This document shows positions 11,602 through 23,765 of a stretch of 64,000 nucleotides of DNA, in pieces (position 1 is the stretch's first letter; every line of letters starts with the position of its first letter). Origin of the DNA: Bispira polyomma (Eukaryota); assembly GCA_965649765.1 (NCBI GenBank), contig OZ287756.1, forward strand, positions 41,850,001 through 41,914,000, in the 5' to 3' direction. A program made the position numbers and the translations under genes. The notes under the pieces are model-generated. The model worked only from the letters and a program-made list of their open reading frames with translations. It had not been told where the DNA came from and did no database searches.

Positions 11602-11668
11602 ATGAGATCTAGCAAACAATAGTTTCCTTCTAGAGAATTTAAATTTTGGAATTTCAGTCTACACCTAC

Positions 11669-11719
11669 GGTCTAATTTATTGTGGTGTCTGAATGTGTCC
11701 CATTCACCAACACTTTGAA
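11669..11719 (-). CDS. Candidate 51-bp host exon, left-arm copy
   Basis: Mirror of 49513-49563. Confidence 0.3.
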
Positions 11720-11837
11720 CTGGAGACAAAATACTGTTATTAATGGCATAATAATTTATATTCACTAAATTTAAATTTATTGAACTCAATTCGTAACTAG
11801 TCACTATATGTTATCATGTCTGATAGATGTTTCTATC

Positions 11838-12163
11838 TCTGTGGCCTAATAGCTAGTGTGTCGGACTTTGAATCTCAAGGTATCTTAAGCCTGGGGATTG
11901 TACCCTTGAATAAGGTGTTTTACACAAAGTTGTCCCTCTCTATCCAGGTGTATAAATGGGTACCTGGCTGCTAATGGTTGTTAGTCTTTGTGCGCCATAT
12001 GTGGCAGGACAGCTAGTATGCTTCCTGAGGGAGCTGAGACTAAACAATTGGTTGACAAGTGAAAGAACCCAGGCTGGGGGTGTAAACTGTTAAGTCGGAT
12101 GAGACCTCAATAGATGTGATATCTGACTATAAACCAGGTATTTACATTTATTTATATTTACTT
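11838..12163 (+). mobile_element. tRNA-derived SINE with CORE-like domain (B box deleted in this copy)
   Basis: A-box-like TGGCCTAATAG, CORE-like CCTTGAATAAGG...CCAGGTGTATAAATGGGTACC and a (TTTA)-rich tail. Boundaries are approximate. Confidence 0.65.
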
Positions 12164-12547
12164 TGCCTAGTTATTTGAAAATTTGAATACAATGTAAATT
12201 GACCCTCAACTTTTATTAAAAGAGCACACATTTTATATGAAACGTCATTTAGCAACTTTTAGGGGCTCTAAAAGATCACTATAGTTCATGTACTGGATAA
12301 GTATATATCAAACCACAGAGTGAGGAGACTTTCGAATGTAAGTAGGGTCAGTATTGAAAATGATCTCTCTCTTCTCTCCTGTCCACAATAGTATCCCAAT
12401 TAGTATTCTGGCCAATATATCAGCATGATTGTTGGTCAGCTCTTCTCTGTAAGCATGGTATGACTTCAACTTTATGATGCATCAAAAGGGAGATTATAGT
12501 ATTATTATACATACCAGATATACATCTTACCTTCTAAACTAGATTAT

Positions 12548-12762
12548 CAAGTCCAAGGTCACAGGGGCAAGGTCAAAGGTAAAACCAAGGTCAGACGTGA
12601 CGTTCCACAACTTGACCACCTAAGGAACATCCCAACTAAGTTTGAACTTCTTCCACCATACGAGACCTGGCCCAGACAAGGTTAGCAGATGCAGTGTGCC
12701 CGACCGCCCGTTCCGCCTGCCCAACCAGACAACAAGGGTGAAAACAACACCCGGGTAAAAAA
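12548..12762 (+). mobile_element. Fragment of a Helentron/HINE-like interspersed repeat (mirror at ~48443-48660)
   Basis: Repeated CAAGGTCA, degenerate (CCGC/CCGA) microsatellite, GGGTG...CACCC hairpin and A tail. Family assignment is from architecture only. Confidence 0.45.
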
Positions 12763-13401
12763 AGGGTAAAAAGGATATTCATGCAGACAAATATGTACAT
12801 GATTCAACAAAAAGATCACAAAACTTACTTTAATCCAAATTAAGGATAGGTATACTACCTTTTTATATAAAAGCTGGCTATTATTTTAGAAAAGTCTGAT
12901 TAAAAGTTTGCTTACTTTATTTAGATAAGGAAAATGAGGAAGTATATCGCTTTTTATATTGTACAACTCATCACAAAGAAAGACAATAATTTATGAAGAG
13001 ATTTGGTAATAGCATAAGAATTTCTATGTCTTTATTTCATGATAAAATGTTTATCATATTCATGACTCCTGAGTCAATGTATCTTGCAAGATATGTAAAA
13101 AATTATTGGAGTAAAAGGAATAAGATAACTAAATGAAATAAACTATTATAAGATAAAAAATAATAACATGACTAGTTAGTTTTTATTGTTATCAATTACT
13201 TATGTTGACAAATTGATATTTTTACCAAGTATTTTATTCTTATTAACAGTTAATCAGTTTGCTGTTATTGTTAGTTAGTTAGTGTCTTGGTAAATATTAA
13301 CTTTTAATTTTTTTAATGTGACATATAAGTTCATATAGCTGGGTAGTTTTTAGTTTTTTTATATTAATTAAAATGTACCATGCTGGCTTAAAATAACAGA
13401 A

Positions 13402-13653
13402 TTTGAATTTGAATATTTAACGTCCACTCTAGTACCTTTTAGTAGGTTATATTGGGACGGGTAGTTGGAAACGCTGGAGGAAACACTGCATACAGTCGGT
13501 CAAGGTTCTGCAGGGAAACCAGCGGCCCACAGTAAGGAACTACCACCTTTCCCACATAGGCATCGACAGGATTCGAACTCATGCCGCCCAGAGGTGAGAG
13601 ACCAGTGATTGTGAAGCGCAATGCTTGCTAACCACTAGGCCACCGCGGCCCCT
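13402..13653 (-). mobile_element. tRNA-derived SINE (Meta/MESC-like body)
   Basis: A box TGGCCTAGTGG, B box GAGTTCGAATCC, (TTCAAA)n tail and 14-bp TSD TTAAA[A/G]TAACAGAA. Confidence 0.9.
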
Positions 13654-15252
13654 TTAAAGTAACAGAAAATAGGCTACTTTATAATATATATTGAATAATG
13701 GGATGTATTTTTTTGTAGATTTTATCTCTATATATGCCGATTTTGATTTCGCCAAATTGGACAGAATATTCGATTTTGGTGCAGGGCCACCATGCACTCT
13801 AAGGTGAAACATACATAAGCATTATGCTCTAACCTGCCATTAGCTCATTATAATTAAAGAAGTGAATTGTGATCATGTAGGTAGTTGTTTACATAATATA
13901 TATACCTATACATATGCATTTATGCAGTAATAGTTAACAACCAAGGTTGGCCCCTTTGCCGACTAGCTCAAGTGTGGCCATAACTTACTATTCCGAATAG
14001 TACAGCACCTTAACCTGTTACAATAACTGGTCTTGGCAGGGGCATTGGTTTACCTTAATACATTATACTAGGAATGTGAGGCCTACGCAAAGACAAACTT
14101 AGACTTGACCTGTGCCTTGATCATTAGAAAATAATGTAGTGACACTTTAATGGCAATGCATACTGCTTGGGTTTTATTACTATATACACCAGAACTGAGG
14201 ACTGAAACTTCAGTTTAAAATTTGGTATCAATGCTGATGTACAAATTAGTTCCCAGCCCTCGGTATTTATCCTCAGACAGGTTAATGGTTGGGACCCTTT
14301 GAAAGTAACCAAGCCTTTCTATAAAATGAGTTTCAGCTTTAAAATTTTACTTTTATTTTTCACTGGTAAAAAGTAGTATTAGTATTAGTCATATTCATAT
14401 TGTTATTAATATTATTTAACACTATGCCACTGTGGCCTAGTGTGACTGACCTTGGACTGCAGTTGATCTGGGTTCAATCTCAGACTAGGACTCCCCGGTA
14501 CAGTGTAATATATACTCATTAGGCATCTCAGGTGCAACAAATAATGCTGCTATTAATATTGCTTTGATTAGTAATTATCTATGTCATACATTACTATGGT
14601 GTCTGAATGTATTCCCAGCCGTCTTGAGTGAATAACACAGGTCCTCAGTGACTGAGTGTTTAGCAAGTTTGGAATCTACAGTACCCAGCTCAGTGGCAAG
14701 TCCAGAAAGGTAAGTAAAGGTATCCTCAAGATATAAGACAATTTGAGAGATAAAAAAAAAATTTATTCACATGTTAGTAAAAATATTACATTTACTAGTT
14801 TTTTAGAGTGACTACTTTTATATACAGTCTGTGGTCATCGTAAACTAACTAAGGTGAGCAGATTAAGTTTCTACTTCAATACGTTAAAGTTAAGGTCACC
14901 ATTTGAGCAATCTTAACTAAGGTGACCTTAAGTTAAGGTGAGTTACAGTTTCTAGATTTTACATGCAATTTAAGTTAAGGTTACTAACTTTACTAAGGTA
15001 ACCCTTATTAAAGTTAAGCTTACGTAAAACATATACATGCAATAAAAGAGTATAATTACAGAACGTATAATTGCAGCAAAACAAGATTAATTACAGATGA
15101 AAGATAAGATCAGAATGATCTGTTATTCTGATATAAACTGCATTATATATTTACCATACTGATTATTTGTGTAAATATACCTTTTTAACCAAATGTGATA
15201 TTTACTGTTAGTGTATAAAACCACCAAACACCAAGGCAAAATAGGGGTAGTC

Positions 15253-16235
15253 TCAAGGTTTGTGCAAAAGGGCTTTAAAAGCTAAGGCCACTTGCTGTCC
15301 CGCAGCTTGGTCTTGTACCATGTATGAACGAACTGCATCCGACGTCCAGGTGCCGTGTTCTTTGATATGCTCCAACTCAACATTAGAATTGTAAGCCAAA
15401 GACGCACCTGAATGCCGGAAAGAATGAAACGTTAGGCCTGAACTACCAAGGCCCACCAGATGGAGGACTATTCCCAGATGATGCCTGATCTTGCTATCAG
15501 TGAAGGGAGCCCAGGCTTGACCCACTTTAACTTGAAATAAGGCTGCATTGGGACCCCCAGGGGAAAGCCTTAAAACATTTCTCAGGGCAGTCACAGGGCA
15601 CAAAGCAGTGGAGCCGAGGGAGGGAATCTTTGTAAGTCTCACTAAGTTTCTAGACTGAATGGTCTTTGACCATTTGATTAACAAGTGAATGCCCGGAGGC
15701 TTGAAAAATATATCACCTTTACATAAATGTCTCGATGAGTCAAACATTGAGGCAACATGGGGTGCCAGATTGGACATGCGAAGAAAAGAAAAATAAGCTG
15801 TCAAGTACACAGCTTTATAGATTTGCCCCATGTTAGTACTATCACAAGCCAATACAAGCTGAAGTAACATATGCGAATCCAAAACAGGTTTAATCTGAGC
15901 CACAAAGGGCCTATTATTGAGGGAGGCCTTGTTATACAGTTTAATGCGAGGTTCATCAAACATGGCAATCGACAGGCCATACATACTGAAACAGGCTTTA
16001 ACAGCTGACACATGATTAATTACCATAGAGGCAGATGTTTGATTTTTTGTCAAAAATTCAAGAAAAGACAAGAAAACCGGAACTGTTACCTTGAAGGTGG
16101 GACAACGCAGGAAACACAGGTAGGCCAAGAAGGATTTAAACATGGCCAGGTAATTTTTTGTAGTGTTAGGCCTGAACGCTGTCTGCAGCCTAGCCAAGGC
16201 ATCAGAAACCAGTACACCTGCAGCTTGAGGAATTT
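15253..16235 (-). CDS. E2 tyrosine recombinase, left copy
   Basis: FSFLRMSN, HSFR, HGTW, VRSY. Open from the TTTCAG acceptor ending at 16236. Confidence 0.92.
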
Positions 16236-16247
16236 CTGAAAGTACAG

Positions 16248-17745
16248 CTACAATGAGAAATCTACATATAAGTATTCTTCATTTACCGCTAGCCATATTG
16301 GATTGGGTATGTAACTTTTAAGCTGAGCATGGTTGGCTTTTGTGTCCTGCCATCTAGACAGCAGGTCAGCCACATTGTTTTTGACACCCAGTACATAAAC
16401 AACTTTAAGCTCAATATCATGAATAGCAGATAACATTAAGATGTTTCTTGCACAGGCCCCGAGAAAAAAGTCTTTTGTTCTTGCAGAATTGAATACACTA
16501 ACTACAGCTTGATTGTCACAGTATATCAAAACTTTTTTACCCGCCCATTGCTGGGCCCATATTCTCATTGCCACTAGAATGTTTAGCATTTCTAGCTGCA
16601 CAATTCCCAGAGATAGAAAACCTATGGGAATAGTGCAGGCATACACCAAATTTCCCCAATGACCTCCCAGGCCTGTCAGACAGGCGTCTAGACTGATTGT
16701 TTCCTGTACAGGTCTATGCGAGAAAAATGAGACCCCATTATAAAAGGGGAGAAAATTTTGAAACCATTTAAGGTCTTTTTTAAACTCATCAGTTATTTTG
16801 ATACTTCTACTGTTTTTGTTGTCCCTTAACAATTGCAACATTCTGTTTAGGAAGCATCTAGCCACTCTGACACATTTTGCTACATACAGCAGACTGCCTA
16901 AGAGAGACTGTAATTGTCTTTTGGTACATGTTTCTTTCTCACCCCAAGTCATGCAATTATTCAGAACTTGCTGCATTTTTTCTTTAGGTATTGATATAGT
17001 GAATGTCTCAGTATTTATGTCTACCCCTAGACATGTGACCTGAGTGCTAGGGGGAATGAGTTTTTTACTACTGATTGTTAAACCTAGCTCCTGCAGGAGG
17101 TCATAGAGGGTATGATAGGATTTTTTAGCTGTAGTGGTTAGTCCAAAGCCTATGAAATCATCAATGTAATTGATAACTGGGAAACCTAGCTCTTGCATCA
17201 TGTATCTGACTGAGTCACTTAGCTTTTGAAAAATAGTGCTACCATGCTTGTACCCAAAAGGTAGGCAAGTGTCTAGAAAATACTGATTCTCCCAGAAAAG
17301 ACCCAACATGTGGATATCCCCGGGTCCATTTTCACATGCCGAAAAGCTCTACTAATGTCTATCTTATAAAGCTTAGAGCCTCGTCCCAATTTGACAACCT
17401 CATTTGTTATTAAATCAACAGAAGGATAAGTAAGTATAAAAGAAGTACCCAAATATATTTCCGCACTCACATTTGAATTGACAGCATGTTGACTCGGCCA
17501 GCTCAGGTCAATGATGACCCTGCGATTATCTGAGTTGGGTTTCTCCCTGGTCATGAAAGGGGATGAGTGGAAGTTACTTACTGGTTTTTTATCAAAAGGA
17601 CCCATAATTGCTTTAAAATTCTGTTCTTCCTTTAAATAATGAGTGACATGCTTAGAGAATTCTGTGGCAGACTTGTGATTTTCACCCGTGGCTACCAGAT
17701 TTGATTGATCTTTTACATCAAGAGGGAAACCACAGCGAATTAAAC
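16248..17745 (-). pseudogene. E2 RT/RNase H (truncated, frameshifted)
   Basis: FHSSPFMTREKP, YKIDISRAF, YIDD, LDACLTG, CDN, ADLLSR. Confidence 0.9.
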
Positions 17746-18259
17746 TCGCCTGACCTTGTAATGAATGCTGGTAATAATGGCATATTAATTGATATTTAAT
17801 AAATTTAGATTTACTGAAATCAACTTGTTTTCAATGAACTATGATGGATGTTGCTATCAACTTGCCTCATTATTTAAAAAATGTTAATACAATTAAATTG
17901 AACCTTAACTTTTGATAAATGAGCACCTATTTTGTATACAATTTCATCTGGTAGCTTGTAGGGACACTGAACGATCACTACAGATCATCAAGGAACAAGT
18001 GGAATATGGCAAGCAGAGGAGTAGAATAAAAACACAAGTTTAGAAAAAACACATTTTGTTTATTTAGAACACACACAACATATACATCAATACATTTATG
18101 TATAAACAGCCTTAACCTCAGAATAAGGTCACCCTAAATTGTATTACATGTTTTCTCTCTGTACTGTAAGAGCAATTGTTTATCTAAAATGTTTTCCCTA
18201 CTTAACGGTATCTAACCTAATTGATACTTATTGCCTGTTAAGGTAACCAAGATGTTGTT

Positions 18260-18683
18260 AAGCATGCTTCTACTAGAAAACAAACTAAAAAAAAGGCACT
18301 TCTACTAGTGTCTCGGACCCCTATCCGTAAACCTGCAAGGTCTTCTTGCAGATACAGCAGTTGCACGACTGGATCTGATAGCTTAAGACTTATGTTTATA
18401 AAGTGTGAACATCATGACCCAATAGGGGTCTGATAGTTCTGTTCCCAACCCCACCTCTCTTATTATTACACTACCTTAACTATTTAGGTATCCTCTTCTT
18501 TCTTCTGTCACTTCTACTGTAGTGGCCAATTAAGGGGCCTCCCTCTACCAAAGGGAAGAAGCATGCTTCTACTAGAAAACAAACTAAAAAAAGGCACTTC
18601 TACTAGTGTCTCGGACCCCCTAGCCGTAAACCTGCAAGGTCTTCTTGCAGATACAGCAGTTGCACAACTGGATCAGATAGCTT
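18260..18683 (+). repeat. 125-bp direct repeat pair (18260-18384 and 18559-18683) flanking the E5 A sequence
   Basis: AAGCATGCTTCTACTAG...GATAGCTT occurs twice with few differences. Confidence 0.9.
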
Positions 18684-19630
18684 CCAACCAGGCTGGTTTC
18701 AATGACGTTATGGCTATGTTACAGACGCTGGAAATGGTCAACTTCCAGATTAATAAGCATCTGGACAGGGTAGAGTCGTGGGGTTGTTATAGTTCCACCC
18801 CTCTCATATCTCCATTGGCATCCAGGAATGGAACTATCTTAAATCAGGCAGATGAGCAAGTTTGCTCTGCCGGCACCCACCAGGGATCACGTTCGTGACC
18901 CCGTATATCCACACAGGGCGCACCATATACCAAGAGTTACACATCACAACTATCAGAGGAATGGGATTATTCCTAAAGTGGACATCCTAAGGTCTCTCCC
19001 AGAAGTGACGTCAACCACTCTCTTGACAGGTATGACACCCAACTACGGACTGAACTTAGACAAGGTAAGCCAAAAGTCGGGACGGTACAACACCACTGAT
19101 ATGCAGATCCCCAACTTAGATGGCCAAACGAGGGCTGTGGTGGGGTAGCAGGTAAGAAAAGGCCTACACTTGACGACCTGACATTGCTCCAATGGGCAGC
19201 GTGTCAACTTTTTAATGTGTCCTAAGTTCAGAATGAAACCCTTTTAAGGCAAATGCTTGACCAAGTCATTAACTCGGTCAAGGACGCTTTATCTCTCCAA
19301 TAGCCAGCAGTTAGGGCTTCATGGGCGGCTAATATGCAGGAGGTGGAGAAGGGGCGACTTCACTGGAGGGGGCCACTCAATGGGTTCTAACTCAGATGAG
19401 CGTCTCGAAACTTACAGTCCTAAACAGCCAGCATACTCACTCAGGTACAGCTACACAGAAAGGCAATTTGGTATGCAAGTATTATAACATCGGCAAATGC
19501 CACCAAGAGGGAGATCACGGGCAATACCGACATATTTGCTCTCACTGTCACAGAGTACTTTACACAGATGCTTCCCATACAAAGTGCTACAAAGTGCGAC
19601 AAGAGCAACACACCCAAATGTAACCAGACC
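18406..19630 (+). mobile_element. Ngaro-type 5' relic E5: A repeat plus degenerate gag
   Basis: 18406-18545 is homologous to the A2 of E3 (63200-63342). Gag fragments (GIIPKVDILRSLP, KSGRYNTTD, CKYYNIGKC..H....H.C..C) align with E1 gag. Confidence 0.85.
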
Positions 19631-22301
19631 CAAGTAAATAAAAGTTAGGGGTGCGGTCAAAAAATAACAGAACAAACAATTTCAGTTATACAATGGCTAG
19701 AAGACAATTAGAAAGGTATAACGTTTTTCCAAGAAACCCACTCCAGTAAAGAAAAAGAAGTTGACTGGAAAAAAAATTATAACGTAAGGTTTAGCCATTG
19801 CACCAGCAATGCTAGAGGTGTATGTACCGTGATCCTTAACAACTACAATGCTAAAGTTATTGACCAAATTACTGACGATAGTGGCAGATTTTTATTACTT
19901 CATGTCTCAATTAATGACACTGAGATAGTACTTGTTAATTTTTTTGCCCCAACAAAAACAATTTACAAGAACAGAAACAATTCTTAACCTTATAAGAAAT
20001 AACTTACTGCAGTATATGGGTAAAAAGATAATTATAGGAGGAGACTTTAATACCTACATGGATCCAAAAATAGATAAAAAAGGTGGTGCTCCTGAAACAA
20101 CCTCAGAATATTCTGATCTGTTGAACAATATCTTGAATGAGTTTAACCTATGCAACATATACTGTGTACAATATCCTGATACTTACAGGTATACTTGGCG
20201 AAATAAAGGCAAAGGCGGCTGGGTTCATTCACGTTTGGACATGTTTTTCATATCATAGGAATTACAATTTTAAAACATGAAATCTTTTATATATCCAAGC
20301 ATAAAATATGATCACAGTCTGATACACGGAAATTTTAGTGAATCCTCAGATTGTGTCAGAGGTAGAGGTTTTTATAAATTTAATGTCAGTCTATTACTAG
20401 ACAGAATGTACATTGAGAGAATTAATGCTGAACTGAAAGAGCTTACTGACGAAGGTGTTACATTTACTGATAAAGGGTTATTCTGGGATTGTGTTAAATG
20501 TAGAATATGTGGTGTCACAATATCTTATTCTTCTTTTAAGGCAAAAGAGAAAAGAAAAACTGAAAATATTTTATTGAATAAACTACATAATATAGAGACT
20601 AAATTATGTGAGAGCCCTTCACCTGATTTACTAGATCTTCAATCTGAAATAAAATCATCATTGAATGATATCTATGAGGTACGATCTAAAGGTCTCATTG
20701 CAAGGTCTAGAGTTCATTTCCTTGAAACAAACGAGAAAGATTCCAAGTATTTCTTAAACCGTGAAAACAAAATTATAACTCTAAATGTATCAAATGTTTA
20801 AACATGAGAAACAGGCTAATCACTGATGAAAAAAAGATTCTGGAGGAGGAAAATTTTTTTTATACTGCTTTCTTATTCAAAGATTCCACAACTCTCGGAT
20901 CAAATATTTTGTGATAAAGATTTAACAATAGAAGAGTGTGGTGAAGCACTGCAAAATTTGTCCAACAATGAATCCTCTGGCTGTGATGGTCTTCCCATAG
21001 AGTTTTACAAATGTTTTTGGAGTGAAATAAAAATAAATTGTCTTTAACAACTTTAAATGGTCATTGGAAAACAATCAGTTATTGATTGATCAAAAAATAG
21101 GCTTCATTAACCTTGTACCAAAGAAAGATAAAGAGCAATGTGATCTGAAAAACTGGAGACCTATTAGTGTACTAAACACAGATTATGAGATCTTGACCAA
21201 AATTTATGCTTCACGTTTACAAAAGATTTTGCCGAAACTTATTAGTTTTGACCAGGTCGGCTATAAAAAAGGGATTTTCATTGGTAAAAATATACGTACT
21301 ATAAGCGACTTAATTGATTACTGTAATACTTTTGATCTCTCTGGGCTGCTAGTCCTGGTAGACTTTGAAAAAGCATTTGACTCGATTAGTTGATCGTTTT
21401 TTAAACTGTCTTAAGAGCTACAATTTTGGCAATAAATTTATATCTCTAGTAAAAACCATATACACAGATATAGAAAGTTGCATAACAAACAACGGTAAAG
21501 CCTTATCATTTTTCAAAATTTATCGTGAGATAAGGCAAGGTTGTTGCCTAAGCGCATTACTATTTCTTATTGTTGTCGAAATATTAGCAATCAATTTGAG
21601 AACCGATAATAATATACATTGTATAGGAGTTGACAAAATAGAGTATAAAATAAACCAACTAGCCGATAATACGACTCTCTTTCTTCGAGACCAAGAATCC
21701 CTACATCTTGTATTTCACAAATTAGAATTTTTGGTTATTGTTTAGGCCTAAAACTCATTAAAACTATAACTGAAATCATCTCTATCGGTGGAAAAACAGT
21801 AGATGACAAGACTTTAAGAAAAAAACTGAGGGCCGGTGTAATGCCATAAAATCACCCCCTGCCATATTTTTGCTCCCCTCTTTGATCTTTAGGGGGGGGG
21901 GGGTGAGTATTTGGCAAACAAATTCTGCACCCCCCAACAATAGGAGGATTAAGGGGGGGAAAATATGGCAGCCAACTTGCCAAATATTGACCCCCCCTTG
22001 CCAGAAACAGACCCCCTTTGTGATCTTATCAAGATTAATCCAATTACACTGATTACTATTGACTTGCTCTTGCATTCAATTACAATCAGTGTGATAATTA
22101 ATGATATACATCTATTGAATCAAGTTATTTGGGGGGGCATTGGTATTTGGGTGATATACAGGCAATAGAAATAGACAATAAAACTTACACAATTTTATTG
22201 AAGATAAATATAATTGAATAAGTAGAAAAATGTATAAATCTAAACAAATAGGAGAAAGGTTTTATACAACCCACTATATACATTTCCATATAAAATATTG
22301 T

Positions 22302-23012
22302 CTATATGTGCCACCTAACAAGAGGTTTTCTCTGTCTTTTCCTTGTCCCACTGAAGGGGGTCATTTCTCCAGATTCCAGGCATGAGATGAGGTGTTGTCT
22401 CATATCAGACTGATTTAGTCTGAAATCTTCTGGGTTCAACCCATGGCAGACTGCTGTCACAAACGCAATAGTAAACAGCCCACAATCCACTAAGCCTTTT
22501 TGTTGTGTCACATCAGTGGTGATATAGTCCTTTATATGCCCATATAGAGTGATGTCTGCTTTCCTGGTGGATAATCTGGACACTCGTAACACTAGTTTCT
22601 ATCTGTTTACAATGTTGTATGTCCTTTATCAACAATACAGACTGCAACCCATGAACTTCTGGGAACTGTTTCATTAACGAGATGGAAGCGGCATCCATAC
22701 ATCTGTCATTTAATTCTTGACCACTAACAATAACTTCACGATCAGAGGCTTTTAAATGAAGCTTGGGGAGCCAGTTGTCATCCACAAAGCTAGTGTGTCT
22801 TTTTAGTTGAGGTAACTCAGCTGTATCCTCATCACATTTCCTTTTTACTGGAGGACTCTGAGATGATTTCTCATCAGCACTGTGACATTTCTTAAACCTC
22901 ATAGCATTATACAATTTGGCTAAGAGTTTGTTTGTCTTTAGATTTTTCAGTTTGTAAACGCCTTTTCCAACTTCTTCTGCTATTTCATATGGTCCAGTGA
23001 AATGGCTAACCA
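22302..23012 (-). pseudogene. Ginger GPY/F motif plus Ulp1 (C48)-like protease remnant
   Basis: FTGPYEIAEEVGKGVYKL; LNDRCMDAA; QIIH; QQKGLVDCGLFTIAF. Frameshifted, with no DDE core. Confidence 0.8.
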
Positions 23013-23029
23013 TTTTACCCAAATAAAAC

Positions 23030-23765
23030 AAATAACACTTCATACAACTCTTTTATAAACTAACAACACAAGTCATGTCCTTTTATTATTATAAAAACCA
23101 CTTCATACAACTATTTCATTAACTAACACATGCCATTTTATTATTATAAAAAAAAAACACTTCATACAATTCTTTCATCAACTAACAACACATGAAATAT
23201 AATGAACTTAGCTTTTACAGCACCTCTTTATATACACTTAAGGTTGTTTTTAAGGGAAGCCATGTGTGTAAATTTACTATTTAAAAGTAAGAAGCCACCA
23301 TCAAGATAATTTCAAAGGGTATTTCCTGAAGTTACCATAAAAATATATATATCACACTATGAGAAGCCACATCTATTGAAGTAATCAAGTAAGCTTAATG
23401 CTGGTGACTATATTATGTGAAGTCACTTACAATCAAGTAATCAAGTGATCAAAGTACGGATGAGAAGCCACTTTCAATCATCAAGTAATCCAGTTAATCA
23501 AACAATCAATTAATCCAAGTACTGATGACTTGCACTATGAGAAGCCGCATTCAGGTATTAAGTGGTCAATTCATCAAGTCAGCTTTGTGTTAGTGTATAC
23601 CACAATGAGAAGCTACATTCAATCATCTAGTAATCCAGTTAAACAAACAATCAAGTAATCAAAGTAGTGATGACTTGTACTATGAGAAGCCACATTTAGG
23701 TAATAACTGATCAATTCAGTTTGTGGTGTATACCACAATGAGAAGTCAATTATCTAGTAATCTAG
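23030..23765. repeat. Degenerate tandem arrays inside Ginger (mirror ~36975-37715)
   Basis: About 3 units of ~60 bp carrying CACTTCATACAA (23035-23195). ATGAGAAG[C/T] recurs at ~23359, 23460, 23537, 23605, 23682 and 23738, with a 145-bp higher-order period. Confidence 0.75.

Larger units (their letters stand above)
14679..17747 (-). mobile_element. Ngaro-type element E2, left-arm copy (5' end deleted)
   Basis: RT/RH (16248-17745, frameshifted) and YR, ending in GGGTACTG at 14679. Confidence 0.9.

Noticed and set aside
11596-11640. Hammerhead ribozyme core CTGATGA at the end of the E1-family fragment
   Set aside because: No stem II-GAAA or stem I/III pairing; the motif is created by the element/flank junction.
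13560-13653. tRNA genes (also ~14430-14490, 28827-28910 and mirrors)
   Set aside because: A and B boxes are present but there is no convincing cloverleaf. The full copies have a SINE body, tail and TSD.
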